This document shows, piece after piece, positions 62,162-62,254 of a DNA stretch of 62,254 nucleotides. The translations under genes and the position numbers were made by a program. Every line of letters starts with the position of its first letter. The first letter of the stretch is position 1. Source of the stretch: Candidatus Yanofskybacteria bacterium RIFCSPLOWO2_02_FULL_45_18 (lineage in GTDB: Bacteria; Patescibacteriota; Minisyncoccia; 2-02-FULL-40-12; GWA2-44-9); the NCBI GenBank assembly GCA_001795795.1, contig MGKV01000007.1, positions 14,553-76,806 on the forward strand, read 5' to 3'. The notes under the pieces are model-generated. The model saw nothing but the letters and a program-made list of their open reading frames with translations, had not been told where the DNA came from and ran no database searches.

Positions 62162-62254
62162 TGTGGCTCACCTTTGTTGAGCCACCGCGGACTTTGCGGA
62201 CTAAACGCGGAACTACGCGGACAAACTAAAAAATGTCTGCGTAAGTCGGCGTAA
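62162..62254 (+). repeat. rRNA insertion element, copy 2 (truncated by the window end), in the helix 25 loop region
   Basis: Identical to 61645..61737. Follows ...CCTACAAAGAGCCGGAGC. Confidence 0.95.

Larger units (their letters stand above)
61243..62254 (+). rRNA. rrl: 23S rRNA, 5' domain I (partial, runs off the window), with several insertions
   Basis: Conserved blocks TAATAAGGGCGTATGGAGGATGCCTTG, GATGAAGG, CCGAATGGGAAAACC, GTGAAACATCTCAGTA, TAGCGGCGAGCGAACGG, GGGTGACAGTCCCGTA and GATAGTGAACCAGTACCGTGAGGGAAAGGTGAAAAG. The true 5' end may be as far upstream as 61050 (GGTTAAGTTAAT). Confidence 0.92.

Noticed and set aside
1-62254. Alternative genetic code (UGA reassignment, as in some candidate phyla).
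   Set aside because: Many conserved genes end at TGA with normal lengths, and ATGA start/stop overlaps occur (trmH, HIT, fusA). The standard bacterial code fits.

Overview
This 62 kb window looks like a small-genome, Patescibacteria/CPR-like bacterium. That is an inference from four traits: no L30 gene between rpsE and rplO, split ComEC and split transketolase, a 23S rRNA with several insertions that is unlinked from tRNA-Ile/tRNA-Ala, and a membrane H+-pyrophosphatase. Nearly all genes lie on the + strand. The standard code applies, since TGA acts as a stop. The first 40 kb holds housekeeping genes: GT2 and GT-C glycosyltransferases, trmH-like, rnhB, gap, split tkt, udg, LOG, rmuC, hppA, pth, lepB, hisS, rpsU, ybeY, ftsA/ftsZ, class II RNR, comEC, ndk and rpmB. 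These are mixed with large secreted repeat proteins and orphan ORFs. From 40.3 to 60.7 kb runs the str-S10-spc ribosomal protein super-operon (rpsL to map). It is followed by a strong promoter and the 5' part of a 23S rRNA that runs off the window. Three tRNAs were folded by hand: Ile-GAU, Ala-UGC and Pro-GGG. The most unusual observations are listed here. (1) A foreign-looking cassette sits between secY and adk, bracketed by 93-bp direct repeats of the secY 3' end. A second, related cassette lies between yqeY and ybeY and shares a ~110-nt leader motif. (2) The ribosomal operon has unusually long spacers filled by at least four families of repeated or structured elements. One family is a set of CAATTGT heptamer arrays that, at rplN and rpsH, run into the TTG start codon. 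(3) A 135-nt extended hairpin sits exactly where L30 normally lies. (4) Extra ORFs are inserted between rpsG/fusA and between fusA/tuf. (5) 23S rRNA domain I carries multiple insertions, and an identical 93-nt element occurs at two different helices. No integrase, transposase, CRISPR array or reverse transcriptase is visible. All functional calls come from motif recognition by eye, and no database search was run.
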